Origin: Planctomycetota bacterium
GTDB taxonomy: Bacteria; Planctomycetota; UBA11346
Reading direction: 5' to 3'
Length of the DNA stretch: 39,563 nucleotides
Assembly (NCBI GenBank): GCA_038213805.1
Contig: JBBQSO010000048.1
Span: 1 to 39,563 of the forward strand
Positions 27,513-37,624 of the stretch are shown in pieces. A program made the translations under genes and the position numbers. The first letter of the stretch is position 1. The number at the start of each line of letters is the position of its first letter. Below the pieces are notes generated by a model. That model saw only the letters and a program-made list of their open reading frames with translations, was not told where the DNA came from and searched no databases.

Positions 27513-27998
27513 TCAGCTCTTGCCGTGAGCCCCCTGCCCCCCACACGCCGCTGGGCACCATTTGCGGATCAACAGCTTCACCAGGGCCACGAATTCCAAG
27601 TAGTCGTGCGGCTTGCGGCAATAGTCGCTGGCGCCGATGGCGGTGCACACGCAGCGGTCGGTCACCGACATCGAGTTGGTGAGCATCACCACCGGGATGC
27701 CGCTGACCTTCTCGTTGTGCTTGATGATGCGCAGGATGTCGCGGCCGCTGACGGCGGGCATGTTGAGGTCGAGGATGAGGAGGTCGGGCAGTTGTCGGGG
27801 ATGGTTCTCGTCCCACTCGTCTCCGAGCAGTTCCTGGAGCACCGCCGGGCCGCTGGAAAAGGTCCGCAGACGGCCCTGGAAGTGGACGTTGCGGCAGGCC
27901 TCCTCGGCGAGCAGCAGGTCGGCATTGCTGTCGTCGACCACCCAGACGAGGCATTCCCGGGTTTCAGGTATGACCGCATCGCTCATATCGGGCAGCAT
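27513..27998 (-). CDS. Single-domain response regulator (CheY/Rcp1-like)
   Basis: VVDD, PDLLILDLNMP, PVVMLTNS, RKP. Confidence 0.88.
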   Translation of the reverse strand: MLPDMSDAVIPETRECLVWVVDDSNADLLLAEEACRNVHFQGRLRTFSSGPAVLQELLGDEWDENHPRQLPDLLILDLNMPAVSGRDILRIIKHNEKVSGIPVVMLTNSMSVTDRCVCTAIGASDYCRKPHDYLEFVALVKLLIRKWCPAACGGQGAHGKS

Positions 27999-28209
27999 GG
28001 CTTCGCTCCTGCAAGGTGGGCTGGTCTGTCAGCAGCCTCAGCCATGCCAATGGCGGGCTCTATTCTGCGGCTTTCACTGCGCTTCTCCACTTCGGATTGC
28101 ACGGTTCGGGTCTGCACAGACGTGCAGTAGGCCACTGGTGGCCTGCTGGCCGGTTTTCACGACCGCGCATATCCATTGTCGCCTGGCCCATCCCAAGCAC
28201 CATGGCGGC

Positions 28210-29997
28210 ATGCGTACCCGTGCCCTTCTGCCCGCTTTGCTCATGGCCTGCGGGCTGACCTCCGGCCTGGCCGGTGCGGCGGTTCCGATGCTGACTGTCG
28301 AGGCCAAGCCCTTCTACCTCGAGACCGATGTCGGTGCGACGCCCAAGGATCAGCGCAAGACCGCGGCCTTCTACCTGCAGCACATCGCCGAGACCGGCAA
28401 CTTCTTCCTGCAGGTCTTCCAGCTCAAGAACACCTGCTTCGAGGACTACGCGCGCCTCCTCGACCCGACCGGCAAGGAGCTGGACCGCCGCGTGCGCATC
28501 TGCATCTTCTCGAGTTACGAAGATTTTCTCAAGGACTTCCAGACGCGCTACGCGACCAAGACGCGGCCCGGCGCCTACTTCGGCATCACGCGGCCCAAGG
28601 ATTCGGCGGGCGCGATCTCCGGCCCATGGCGGCGCGAAGTGGTGGCGCAGACCGAGGGCCACAGCGACGAGCAGGTGCTGCGCGATCTCTACCACGAGAT
28701 GGGCCACCTGTTCATGCGCACCTTCATGGTCTACAATGCCGAGGTGCCGAGCTGGATCGAAGAGGGCACGGCCGAACTCTTCCAGCTGCGCAAGGGCAAC
28801 GGTGCCAAGCCCGAGCACGACCGCGACCAGTACGCCGGCTGGATGGTCGAGATTGTCGGCGAAAGCAGCGCGATCCCGTGGAAGGAATTCACCGCCGTCC
28901 GCAACATGGACAACCTCGACTTCACCTTCAAGGACCCGCTGCGCAGCATCATCCAGTACGACCAGGCGTGGTCGGTGCTGGAGTTCATGATCGGCAGCCC
29001 CGAGCGCCAGAACGCCTTCACCGCGCTGCTGCGCGCCTTCAAGGACGCCGGCGAGAAGGCGGGGCAGGCGGCGGCGGCGGCCGGGCTGCGCGATCAGGCC
29101 CTGATCGCGAAGGTCCAGTACGCGCTCTACCCGGTCCAGGACGAGCTCTTCAAGAAATGCTATGGCAACGACCTGCTCGCGGTCGAAGTGCTGTGGAAGG
29201 AATGGGTACGCAAGAGCTACGACAAAGAGGTCAAACGCAACCCGATCCTGCGTTACCACCGCGGCGAATGGCACCTGGCGATGCGCGCGCGCTTCGGACC
29301 AGCGGCCACGCGCGAGGCCGAGCTCGACAAGGCGCTCGCGCTGTTCGAGGAGAGCGCCAAGGAATCACCCAAGCTGGCCGAAGGGTATGTCGGTCTCGGT
29401 CGCGTTGCGCTCGAGCGCCGCGACCTGGCGACCGCCAACATGCTCTTCGACCAGGCGGTCGCCCTCGGACCCGACAACTTCGACGTGCTGCTCTATGGCG
29501 GCTACGCCAAGCTGCGCAGCGGCGACTTCCCGAAGGCCGTCGAGTCCCTCACCAAGGCGGTCAAGGCGCTACCCAACCACTACGAGGCGAATCTCTTCCT
29601 CGCCAACGCCCAGCTCGCCGCGGGCGGCGACGCGCACGATGCGCTGGCGCTGCTGGCGCGCGCCCGCGCGCTGCGCCGCCAGGGTGGCGAGATCGAGTGC
29701 GGCCTGCTCGAGGGCGTCGCCCAGCTGCGCCTCGGCCAGGCCGGACTCGCCTTCATGGCGCTGAACGATGCGGCACCCTCGGCCCTGCCCAGCGTGCCGC
29801 TGCTGCGCGCCGTGGCGCGCGCCGGCATGGGCGAAGCGCAGGACGCGCTCGCCATCCTCGCCGCAGCCAAGGCCGGCGGCAACGCCTGGACCGAGGCTCT
29901 GGCCGGACTGATCCGCGACAACAAGCCCCTGCCGGCGATCACCTTTAGCGCTAGCGGCCTGCCGTACCCGGTCGGGCTGGGGTTCACGCTCAACTAG
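28210..29997 (+). CDS. Secreted zincin-like (DUF1570-type) domain protein with C-terminal TPRs
   Basis: Signal peptide; LYHEMGHLF followed by PSWIEEGTAE and YDQAWS; TPR-like repeats (EGYVGLGRVAL, ALGPDN, ALPNHYEANLFLA). Confidence 0.8.
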   Translation: MRTRALLPALLMACGLTSGLAGAAVPMLTVEAKPFYLETDVGATPKDQRKTAAFYLQHIAETGNFFLQVFQLKNTCFEDYARLLDPTGKELDRRVRICIFSSYEDFLKDFQTRYATKTRPGAYFGITRPKDSAGAISGPWRREVVAQTEGHSDEQVLRDLYHEMGHLFMRTFMVYNAEVPSWIEEGTAELFQLRKGNGAKPEHDRDQYAGWMVEIVGESSAIPWKEFTAVRNMDNLDFTFKDPLRSIIQYDQAWSVLEFMIGSPERQNAFTALLRAFKDAGEKAGQAAAAAGLRDQALIAKVQYALYPVQDELFKKCYGNDLLAVEVLWKEWVRKSYDKEVKRNPILRYHRGEWHLAMRARFGPAATREAELDKALALFEESAKESPKLAEGYVGLGRVALERRDLATANMLFDQAVALGPDNFDVLLYGGYAKLRSGDFPKAVESLTKAVKALPNHYEANLFLANAQLAAGGDAHDALALLARARALRRQGGEIECGLLEGVAQLRLGQAGLAFMALNDAAPSALPSVPLLRAVARAGMGEAQDALAILAAAKAGGNAWTEALAGLIRDNKPLPAITFSASGLPYPVGLGFTLN

Positions 29998-30042
29998 CTG
30001 GTGGGCCGCGAGCTCGTTCCGAAGCACTTCCGGGAAAGCAGA

Positions 30043-30198
30043 GGGAGGATCGAACAAGAGGCGCGGAGACGCAGAGAACGGATGAGGGGAAGGACGCAGG
30101 AGGCCTGCAGGGAACCCAGAATCGTGGGAGCGCTCCCGCCTGTCCTTCCTACTCCTCCTCCGGCCTCCACATCTCCGCGCCTCCCATTTGATCCTTCT
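30043..30198. repeat. Intergenic long imperfect inverted repeat
   Basis: GAGGCGCGGAGA (30058-30069) pairs with TCTCCGCGCCTC (30172-30183), extended by AGGATC/GATCCT; central GGGAGCGCTCCC palindrome. Confidence 0.6.
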
Positions 30199-30424
30199 CA
30201 AATCGCCTCCGATCGACCGCCCGAGCCAGTGGGAGTTACAGCGGACCACGCGCCGACCTTGCACAAGCGGCGGGCCGCGCGCGAGCGCGGGACCCGGCGT
30301 GCCAAATCGTTTTCCCAAGAACATGGCCGACGCGCGGCAGATGCTGCGGCGCTGCGCGGCATCAACGCCGCCGCCCTGCGCACGTCCCACCTGCGCGTAG
30401 CCCCCATCCGCCGCCGAGCCACCC

Positions 30425-31894
30425 ATGCCCACCCGCACTGCAGCACTCCCGTCCTTCGCTCTGGCATTCGCCGTGGGCGCCGCCGCCTGGGGCGCCGAGC
30501 CGGACCACCAGGCTCCCGCGTTGAAGTCACTGCCGACCCCGCCCGCGGAGAGCCATGCATCCGCCGCGGCCTTCCCAGCGCTGGGGCCTGAAGAGGACCC
30601 CGCCCTGCTCGGCACCGGCGTCCAACGCACCATGACGCTGCTCGCCACCAGCACCGCCACGCATCGCAACCACGTGCGCGTGCTGTTCTACGGGCAGTCG
30701 ATCACCGAACAGGACTGGAGCCACCAGGTCGCCGACGACCTGCGCCAGCGCTTCCCGCTTGCCGATCTGGAGATCGAGAACCGCGCCATCGGCGGCTTCG
30801 CCTCACAGCTGCTCATCAACCCGGCCGAGCACGACGTCTACCCGTTCTATCCGGACCTGGTGATCTTCCACGTCTTCGGCGCGAACGGGCAGTACGAGCA
30901 GATCATCAAGAGCATCCGCAGCCGCACCACCGCCGAGGTGCTGATGCAGACCGACCGCGTCGGCAGCGCGTGGCCGCAGGACCATCCCGACGAAAAGGCC
31001 GACAAGGGCCTGTGGTGGGACTGGATGATGAACAACCGCTTCCTGCCCGACATCGCCAAGAAATACGGCTGCGCCCTGCAGCCGGTACGCGGCGGCTGGC
31101 TGCGCTACCTCAAGGACAACCACTACGAACCGTCGCAGCTGCTGCTGCCCGACGGCACGCACCTCAACCCGCAAGGCAACTTCGTGCTCGCGCAGCTCAC
31201 CGAGCGCTACCTGGTCCACCGCCCCGAGCTGCCGGAGGCTGCGTGGAAGGACTTGGTGCAGACCCACGCAGTCACCACGGCGGACTGGAAGGACGGCGTG
31301 CTGACCGTGGAATTCACCGGCAACCGCGTCGACCTGATCCCGCGGTCGGGCGCCCACGGCGGCGGCGCGCAGGTCGCCATCGACGGCAGGAAGCCGAGTG
31401 GCATTCCCGAAGCCTACCGCATCACCCGCCCCACGCCCGGTCCATGGAGCCCGCTGTTCCTGAGCCGGGTCGACCACACCGCGCCGCTGGTGCCGGAGGA
31501 GTGGACCATCACCGTGCACGACGTCGCCGCCGACGGCAAGAGCTGGGCCTTCGACGTGCGTGGCTCGCTCACCGGCGTCGACGGTTCCGGACGCAGCGAC
31601 CAGCCGTTCACCAGTCCGTCGGGCCGCGTCGCCATCGCTCCCGGCGCGTGGTTCCGCGGCTTCTACAAGCCGCTGCCCGAGGGCTACACGCTCCACTGGC
31701 AGGTGCTGCCGATGTCGATCGACGCCTACCAGATGCCTGCCGAGAACGCGGCGGGTGACGGCCTGGAACACGCCACCACCATCGTCCAGGGCCTGCCCCC
31801 TGGCGCCCACGTCCTGACCCTGCGCGCCGACCGTGCGGCCTCGCCGCCCGACCTTCGCGCGATCAGGATCTACCAACCGCCGGTCGCTCCATAG
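30425..31894 (+). CDS. Secreted SGNH/GDSL-like hydrolase
   Basis: Block I FYGQSIT, block II NRAIGG, PDLVIF, block V DGTHLN; signal peptide. Confidence 0.8.
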   Translation: MPTRTAALPSFALAFAVGAAAWGAEPDHQAPALKSLPTPPAESHASAAAFPALGPEEDPALLGTGVQRTMTLLATSTATHRNHVRVLFYGQSITEQDWSHQVADDLRQRFPLADLEIENRAIGGFASQLLINPAEHDVYPFYPDLVIFHVFGANGQYEQIIKSIRSRTTAEVLMQTDRVGSAWPQDHPDEKADKGLWWDWMMNNRFLPDIAKKYGCALQPVRGGWLRYLKDNHYEPSQLLLPDGTHLNPQGNFVLAQLTERYLVHRPELPEAAWKDLVQTHAVTTADWKDGVLTVEFTGNRVDLIPRSGAHGGGAQVAIDGRKPSGIPEAYRITRPTPGPWSPLFLSRVDHTAPLVPEEWTITVHDVAADGKSWAFDVRGSLTGVDGSGRSDQPFTSPSGRVAIAPGAWFRGFYKPLPEGYTLHWQVLPMSIDAYQMPAENAAGDGLEHATTIVQGLPPGAHVLTLRADRAASPPDLRAIRIYQPPVAP

Positions 31895-31919
31895 CGGGCG
31901 CCTCGCGATTCCAGGCGCG

Positions 31920-32336
31920 TCAGACGTCGGAATTCAGCGCCTGTTGGACCATACGCAGGACGCAGTCGCAGAAATCCGCGTAGAGGAGCGGCTTGTGGAA
32001 GAACGCCATGGCACCGAGCGCGATCGCGCGGTCCTGGTCGCACTGGCGACTGGAAGAGGAGAAGATCACGCGGCGGATCGCTGCCGTCCGCTCATTGCAG
32101 TGCAGCGCCTCGAGCAGCTGGAAGCCATCGCCCATCGGCATGTTCAGATCGATGATCATCAGATCGGGCGTGCACGCCGTCTCGTAGGGCGGCAAGCGGT
32201 AGAGGAAGCGCAGCGCGGTGGGCGCGTTCGGCACCGCCCGGATGCGGAAACGCGGCCGCAGCATGGCCAGCGATTCCTCGATCAACCCGATGTCCGCGGG
32301 GCTGTCTTCCACGATCAGGATTTCGGTCTTGGACAT
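31920..32336 (-). CDS. Single-domain response regulator (CheY/Rcp1-like)
   Basis: ILIVED, PDLMIIDLNMP, IFSSS, HKP. Confidence 0.9.
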   Translation of the reverse strand: MSKTEILIVEDSPADIGLIEESLAMLRPRFRIRAVPNAPTALRFLYRLPPYETACTPDLMIIDLNMPMGDGFQLLEALHCNERTAAIRRVIFSSSSRQCDQDRAIALGAMAFFHKPLLYADFCDCVLRMVQQALNSDV

Positions 32337-32478
32337 GGTGTGCCCGCCGCGTTCACCTACCAGTGTGATAGGATGACGCGTCCTTCAAGATTGCAGTTTG
32401 CAGGAACGTGCCGGTGCACCGTTACCGACTGGCGGTCGGTATCAGGGTACCACGATACAACGGTACCCGGGCTTGCGC

Positions 32479-34131
32479 CTATTTGACCAGGATGCGCTGG
32501 AAATCGCCGCGCATGGTGAGCTTCGGATGCGCGGCCACGGCGCGGATCTGGTAGGTCCTGCCCGGCTGGAGTCCGACGATGGGGAGCGCGAACGCGCCAA
32601 CGTGATCCTGCGCGGTCAGCGGAGTGGCGATCCATAGTTCGTTGTTGAGCGCCTCGGTGAAACCGAGGTACTCCTGGTACTCGAAGCCGACCTGCACCGT
32701 CGCCGCATCGCCAAGGTCCAGCAGGGTGCCATGGGCGATCACCGCGCCCGGCGCGCCGGTCTCGGCCTTCTGGGTGTCGACCGCGGGCGGCTTGAGCGCA
32801 GGCTGCACGTGGGTGATCTTCAGCACCAGCGGATTCGGCCACTTGGCGTCGGTGTGGAAGCGCTGCGTGCGCACGGCCGACACGTTAAGGCCTTGCGCGG
32901 TCTGGCTGAAGCGGCAGGCGGTGTCGGCGCCCGCCTGGTATTCCAGTGTGGCGCTGGTCTGCCCGAGCACGCTGGCCACGGTCTGCGCGGTGGCCGCCAC
33001 CGAATGCAGCACGAACTCGCGGCGCTGGCCCATCGCCCAGTCGCTGATGCCGGTGAGGAAGGCGTACACGGTGTCGGAGTCGGCTTGCTTCGTGAACCAG
33101 ATGCCCTCCTCATTGGTGACGATCCACGGGCGGGTGTGGTGGATGGCCTCGCCGTTGGCCGCGTGCCATAGGGCGATCTCGCGTAGGCGGCCCTCCTGCT
33201 CGATGGGCAGCTCGCCGTCCGGCTTGGGACCGACATTCAGCAGCAGGCTGCCACCCTTCGCGCGCGTCTCGATGAGCAGTCCGATCAGGCGCGTGCCCGA
33301 CTTGTAGGTCTCGTCGGTCGGCTTCCACGGCCACTGCGTGCCCATGGTCACGCACGATTCCCAGGCGCCGGCCAGGGCGCGCCCGGGCAGATGCTGCTCC
33401 GGCGTGGTGATCGCGCCGCGCGTCACCAGCAGGTCGGGATTGACGCTCCAGCCGGTGTCGCGGCACGGCTCCTTGGGCTCGCCGTCGATGAACAGCACCT
33501 CGACCTTGCCGTATTTCGTCATCAGCTCGCGCGTCTGGTCGTTGACCAGCTTCGCCAGCGCCGCGGTGGTGGCGGCGTCCATGGGCGGCGCCGGGCGGGT
33601 GATGGTCAAGCCATGACGATCGAGGAATGAGAAGTCCTCCGGCGAATAATAGATGCCCACGCCCAGGCCGAGGCGGCGCGCAGCCGCGGCGTAGTCCGCG
33701 ACCAGGTCGCGCGCGTACGGGGTGTGCATGATGGTGAAGTCGGTGGTCGCGCTGTCCCACATGCAGAAGCCGCTGTGGTGCTTCGCGGTCAGCACCACGT
33801 AGCGCATGCCGGCGAGCTTGGCCAGGCCGAGCAGTTCATCAGCATCGAAGCGTTTGGGGTTGAAGGTCTGCGGCAGCTCGTGGAAGTACCAGTCGAGCCA
33901 CTCACGCGACGCCCCGACCGCGACGTGGCTGATGTCGCCGCCGAGCTGCCCGTCGAAGCTCCAGTGGATGAACATCCCGAAGCCGGCGTCCTGCAGCCAC
34001 GCCAGGCGTTCGGGCTTGTTGCCGTGCGCGCTCTGGTCGGCGTTCTGGCCCGCCTCGATGGCGTCGGCCGCGCCGAGCCGCGCGCAGGCGCCGATCAGGA
34101 ACAGCGAAGCGAGCAGGGGCCGGAGGATCAT
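32479..34131 (-). CDS. Alpha-L-fucosidase (GH29) with C-terminal beta-sandwich/Fn3-like domain
   Basis: FGMFIHW, AGMRYVVLTAKHHSGF, GIYYS, LFIDG, WESC, LLLNVGP, NGEAI; signal peptide. Confidence 0.92.
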   Translation of the reverse strand: MILRPLLASLFLIGACARLGAADAIEAGQNADQSAHGNKPERLAWLQDAGFGMFIHWSFDGQLGGDISHVAVGASREWLDWYFHELPQTFNPKRFDADELLGLAKLAGMRYVVLTAKHHSGFCMWDSATTDFTIMHTPYARDLVADYAAAARRLGLGVGIYYSPEDFSFLDRHGLTITRPAPPMDAATTAALAKLVNDQTRELMTKYGKVEVLFIDGEPKEPCRDTGWSVNPDLLVTRGAITTPEQHLPGRALAGAWESCVTMGTQWPWKPTDETYKSGTRLIGLLIETRAKGGSLLLNVGPKPDGELPIEQEGRLREIALWHAANGEAIHHTRPWIVTNEEGIWFTKQADSDTVYAFLTGISDWAMGQRREFVLHSVAATAQTVASVLGQTSATLEYQAGADTACRFSQTAQGLNVSAVRTQRFHTDAKWPNPLVLKITHVQPALKPPAVDTQKAETGAPGAVIAHGTLLDLGDAATVQVGFEYQEYLGFTEALNNELWIATPLTAQDHVGAFALPIVGLQPGRTYQIRAVAAHPKLTMRGDFQRILVK

Positions 34132-34345
34132 GGCGCATTTCCCGGGAAGAGGATGCGGGAGACGATGGCATTCCGCGCCCCGCCCGCAACGGCGCCGGTC
34201 GACCGGACCAGTCATGCTAAGGTGTACCCGTTCCCTCCTGCACCGACGATTTCCGGACACAGCGTGCTGGTGCCAGCGGTCCGTGGCGCAGCGCGCGCCG
34301 GCAGGTCCTCCACTGCGCAGCGCCCCGCGCGCGCGGCGGCGCGCT

Positions 34346-35167
34346 TCACGCCAGCGCGCGCGCGCGGCGGCGGTACTCCAGCGGCGCGCAGCCGTGGGCG
34401 CGGCGGAAGAGGCGCGCGAAGTAGCCGGGATCGTCCAGCCCGACCGCGCGCGCCACCACTCCGACCCCCTCGTCGCCGTCGGCGAGGCGGCGCGCGGCGC
34501 GCGCTAGGCGCAGGTCGCGCAGCAGGGCGGGGAAGGTCAGGCCGAAGACCTCGCGCACCAGGTGCCCGCAGCGCGAGGCCGACAGGCCAAGGTGCTGGGC
34601 GAGGTCGTCCAGACGCAGTGGCTTGGCCAGGCGCGCCTCGAGGAAACGCAGCATGCGCCCACCGCGGTCGACGCGCGCGCCGGGTGCGAGGTGGCGCTCC
34701 AGGCGCGCGGCGATCTGCCGCGCCAGGCCCTGGATGAGCCGGTGCCGGTCTGCGACCCAGCCCGATTCAGGCGGCGCGACCAGCCCGGCCCGCGGCGGCG
34801 GCCCGGATCCGCACCACATCGGCCCGGCGGTGACGAGCCCCAAGTAGCGCCCGCGCAGCAGTACCGGCACCACGATTTCGGTGTGGCCGAACGGGCAGGC
34901 GTGGACGCGCCCATCGGGGAGGTGGACCAGCTCGCGCAACACCGTGCCGGCGCAGAACGCGACGCAGCCGCGCAGGCCTTCCGGCCGCGCCTTCACCGCC
35001 AGGCACGCCGGGTCGAGATGCCAGGTGAGCGCTCGCGGCAGGCCGCCGAGGTCGAGGAAGTCGCGGAAGATGACGCGCAGGCCGAGCACCCGCCCGGCGC
35101 CCTCGAGGAGTGCCGTCAGATCGCTGCCGAGCGTGGACGTTCTCGTAGCGGATTTGTCCGCAGGCAT
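34346..35167 (-). CDS. AraC family regulator with PocR-like sensor domain
   Basis: PACLAVK...GCVAFC...HACPFGHTEIVVPV sensor; C-terminal HTH VARAVGLDDPGYFARLFRRAHGCAPLEYR. Only the last ~273 codons of the 1112-aa ORF are real. Confidence 0.88.
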   Translation of the reverse strand: MPADKSATRTSTLGSDLTALLEGAGRVLGLRVIFRDFLDLGGLPRALTWHLDPACLAVKARPEGLRGCVAFCAGTVLRELVHLPDGRVHACPFGHTEIVVPVLLRGRYLGLVTAGPMWCGSGPPPRAGLVAPPESGWVADRHRLIQGLARQIAARLERHLAPGARVDRGGRMLRFLEARLAKPLRLDDLAQHLGLSASRCGHLVREVFGLTFPALLRDLRLARAARRLADGDEGVGVVARAVGLDDPGYFARLFRRAHGCAPLEYRRRARALA

Positions 35168-35233
35168 GGCGGAAGTGTCCAGGCCGGATCTGCCGGGCCA
35201 GCCTATAATCGCCCCGGACCCCCTGGAAAGCCC

Positions 35234-37624
35234 ATGCACGAGCACCGCGCCCACACCCTCGCCCTTCTGCTGTCCCTCGCCCTCGCCGTGGGCTGGACGG
35301 CCGCCGCGGGAGAAACCGCAGCTGGTGCGGACGCTGGCCCCCGCCAGTTCAGCGGCATCTACCCGCACCTGGCGCGCTTCAACGGCGGCGGCGAGTGCGG
35401 CATCGGCGCGCTGGTGCCGTGGGCGGACCGCCTGTGGCTGGTCACCTACCCACCGCACGCCACCCACGGCAGCGCGGACAAGCTCACCGCGATCGATGCC
35501 GGGCTGCAGGCGACCGAGCGGCCGGAGAGCGTCGGCGGCACCCACGCCTGCCGGTTGCTCCACCGCGAGTCCAACCAGCTGTTCATCGGCCCCTACGCCA
35601 TCGCCGCCGACGGCACGGTGCGCGCCATCGACCTGCACCAGCTGGTCGGACGCATGACCGCGGTGGCGCGCCACCTCACCGACCCCGCCAACAAGGTCTA
35701 CTACTACGACATGGAGGGCGCGGTCTACGAGGTCGACGTCCACTCCCTGGCGGTGACGCGGCTGTTCGCCAAGCCGGTGCCGGGCTGGCACGGCAAGGGC
35801 GCCTACACCGCCCAGGGCCATCTGGTGATCGCCAACAACGGCGACGTGCCATCCGGCGACGCGCAGGTGCACAGCCTGGCACCGCTGCCCGCAGCCAGCG
35901 CCGAGGACGCAGGGGTGCTCGCTGAATGGGACGGCCACGACTGGCACATCGTCGCGCGCCGCCAGTTCACCGACGTCACCGGCCCCGGCGGCATCGCCGG
36001 CGCCCCCGACGACGCCGCACCCCTGTGGGCGATCGGCTGGGATAAGCGGTCGGTGCTGCTCGCGCTGCGCGACGGCGGCGCGTGGTCGATGTTCCGCCTG
36101 CCCAAGGCCAGCCACGCCTTCGACCCGCACCACGGCTGGTTCACCGAGTGGCCGCGCATCCGCGAGGTCGGCGACGGCCACCTGTTGATGGCGATGCACG
36201 GCATGCTCTACGAGTTCCCGCGCGGCTTCCGCGCCGGCGCCACCGCGGGCATCGTGCCGCTGTCCTCGCACCTCCGCTACCTGACCGACTTCTGCGCCTG
36301 GAACGGCCACCTGGTGCTGGCCAGCGACGATGCCTCGATCATGCAGAACCCGCTCGCCGGGGCCTCGCAGTCGAACCTGTGGTTCGGCACCTGGGACGCC
36401 CTGCGCGGCTTCGGTCCGCGCACCGGCTGGGGCGGCCCGTGGCAGCGCGACGCGGTTGCGGCTGGCGCGTGGTCCGACCCGTTCCTGGTCGGCGGCTTCC
36501 CGCGCCGCGTCCTGCACCTGGTCAACCACGGCGACGCGCCGGTGGTCGTCACTGTGCAGGCCGACGGCGCCGGCGACGGACGCTGGGCCGACTGGCGCGC
36601 TGTAGCCGTGCCTGCTCACGGCTATGTGCCGACCATCCTGCCGGCCGCCCTGGCCGCGCCCTGGCTGCGCTTGGCGAGCGACCGCGCGGCCACCCTCACC
36701 GCCTACTTCCATCTCGGTGACGACGCGCCGCGCAGCAGCGACGAGGCGGCCTTTGCTGGCGTGGCAGAGGTCGGCGACGCCACTGCGACGGGCGGCCTGG
36801 TACGCCCCGGCGCGCAAGACGGCCTGCTGCAGTGGCTGCCGCGCGGCCCCGGCGGCACCAGCGGCTACCACGAGATCGACGGCGCCATGCATGCGCACAC
36901 CCCGGCCGCGGATCGCAGCGCCGAGGTCGAGAAGCTGTGCGCCGTGAGGACCGATTTCAGCGTCGATGCGGCTTCGGTGGTGATGACCCAGGACGGGCAG
37001 CGCTGGCGCCTGCCGCGCGGCGACGCGCGCTTCGACCACGCCGGCGCGCTGGGCTGGCCGCGCGGCATCCGCGAGGTCTGCTCCGAACGCTTTCTGATGG
37101 ACATCCACGGCAGCTTCTACGAGATGCCGCGCGAGCACGGCCTGCCGCTCATCCGCCCGGTGTGCAGCCACCACAAGGCGATCGCCGACTACTGCAGCTG
37201 GCGCGGCCTGCTGGTGCTGTCCGGCGTCCGCGCTGACGCCGCTGCGGACGCGCACGTGGTGCGCTTCGGCGCCGCTGGTGCGCTGTGGTTCGGCATGGTC
37301 GACGACCTCTGGCGCCTCGGCAAACCGGTCGGCCGCGGTGGCCCGTGGCTGGACAGTGCGGTGGCCGCCGGCGCTCCCTCGGACCCCTACCTGATGACCG
37401 GCTACGACCGCAAGACCCTGACCCTGCGCCACGACCAGCCCGCGCCACTCGCCATCACCGTCGAGGTCGACATCGACCACCACGGCTGGGTCACCTACGG
37501 CGTGCTCAGCGTGCCCGCCGGCCAGCCCCTGGTGCTGACCTTCCCCGAGGGCTACAGCGCCCACTGGATCCGCTGCACAGCCGCGCAGGACTGCAAGGCC
37601 AGCGCGCAGCTCGTCTACGAGTGA
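35234..37624 (+). CDS. Secreted conserved hypothetical protein (~796 aa) with internal duplication
   Basis: Signal peptide; SGIYPHLA...ECGIGALVPWADRLW; duplicated W/H-rich module; strong GC3 bias. Confidence 0.85.
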   Translation: MHEHRAHTLALLLSLALAVGWTAAAGETAAGADAGPRQFSGIYPHLARFNGGGECGIGALVPWADRLWLVTYPPHATHGSADKLTAIDAGLQATERPESVGGTHACRLLHRESNQLFIGPYAIAADGTVRAIDLHQLVGRMTAVARHLTDPANKVYYYDMEGAVYEVDVHSLAVTRLFAKPVPGWHGKGAYTAQGHLVIANNGDVPSGDAQVHSLAPLPAASAEDAGVLAEWDGHDWHIVARRQFTDVTGPGGIAGAPDDAAPLWAIGWDKRSVLLALRDGGAWSMFRLPKASHAFDPHHGWFTEWPRIREVGDGHLLMAMHGMLYEFPRGFRAGATAGIVPLSSHLRYLTDFCAWNGHLVLASDDASIMQNPLAGASQSNLWFGTWDALRGFGPRTGWGGPWQRDAVAAGAWSDPFLVGGFPRRVLHLVNHGDAPVVVTVQADGAGDGRWADWRAVAVPAHGYVPTILPAALAAPWLRLASDRAATLTAYFHLGDDAPRSSDEAAFAGVAEVGDATATGGLVRPGAQDGLLQWLPRGPGGTSGYHEIDGAMHAHTPAADRSAEVEKLCAVRTDFSVDAASVVMTQDGQRWRLPRGDARFDHAGALGWPRGIREVCSERFLMDIHGSFYEMPREHGLPLIRPVCSHHKAIADYCSWRGLLVLSGVRADAAADAHVVRFGAAGALWFGMVDDLWRLGKPVGRGGPWLDSAVAAGAPSDPYLMTGYDRKTLTLRHDQPAPLAITVEVDIDHHGWVTYGVLSVPAGQPLVLTFPEGYSAHWIRCTAAQDCKASAQLVYE

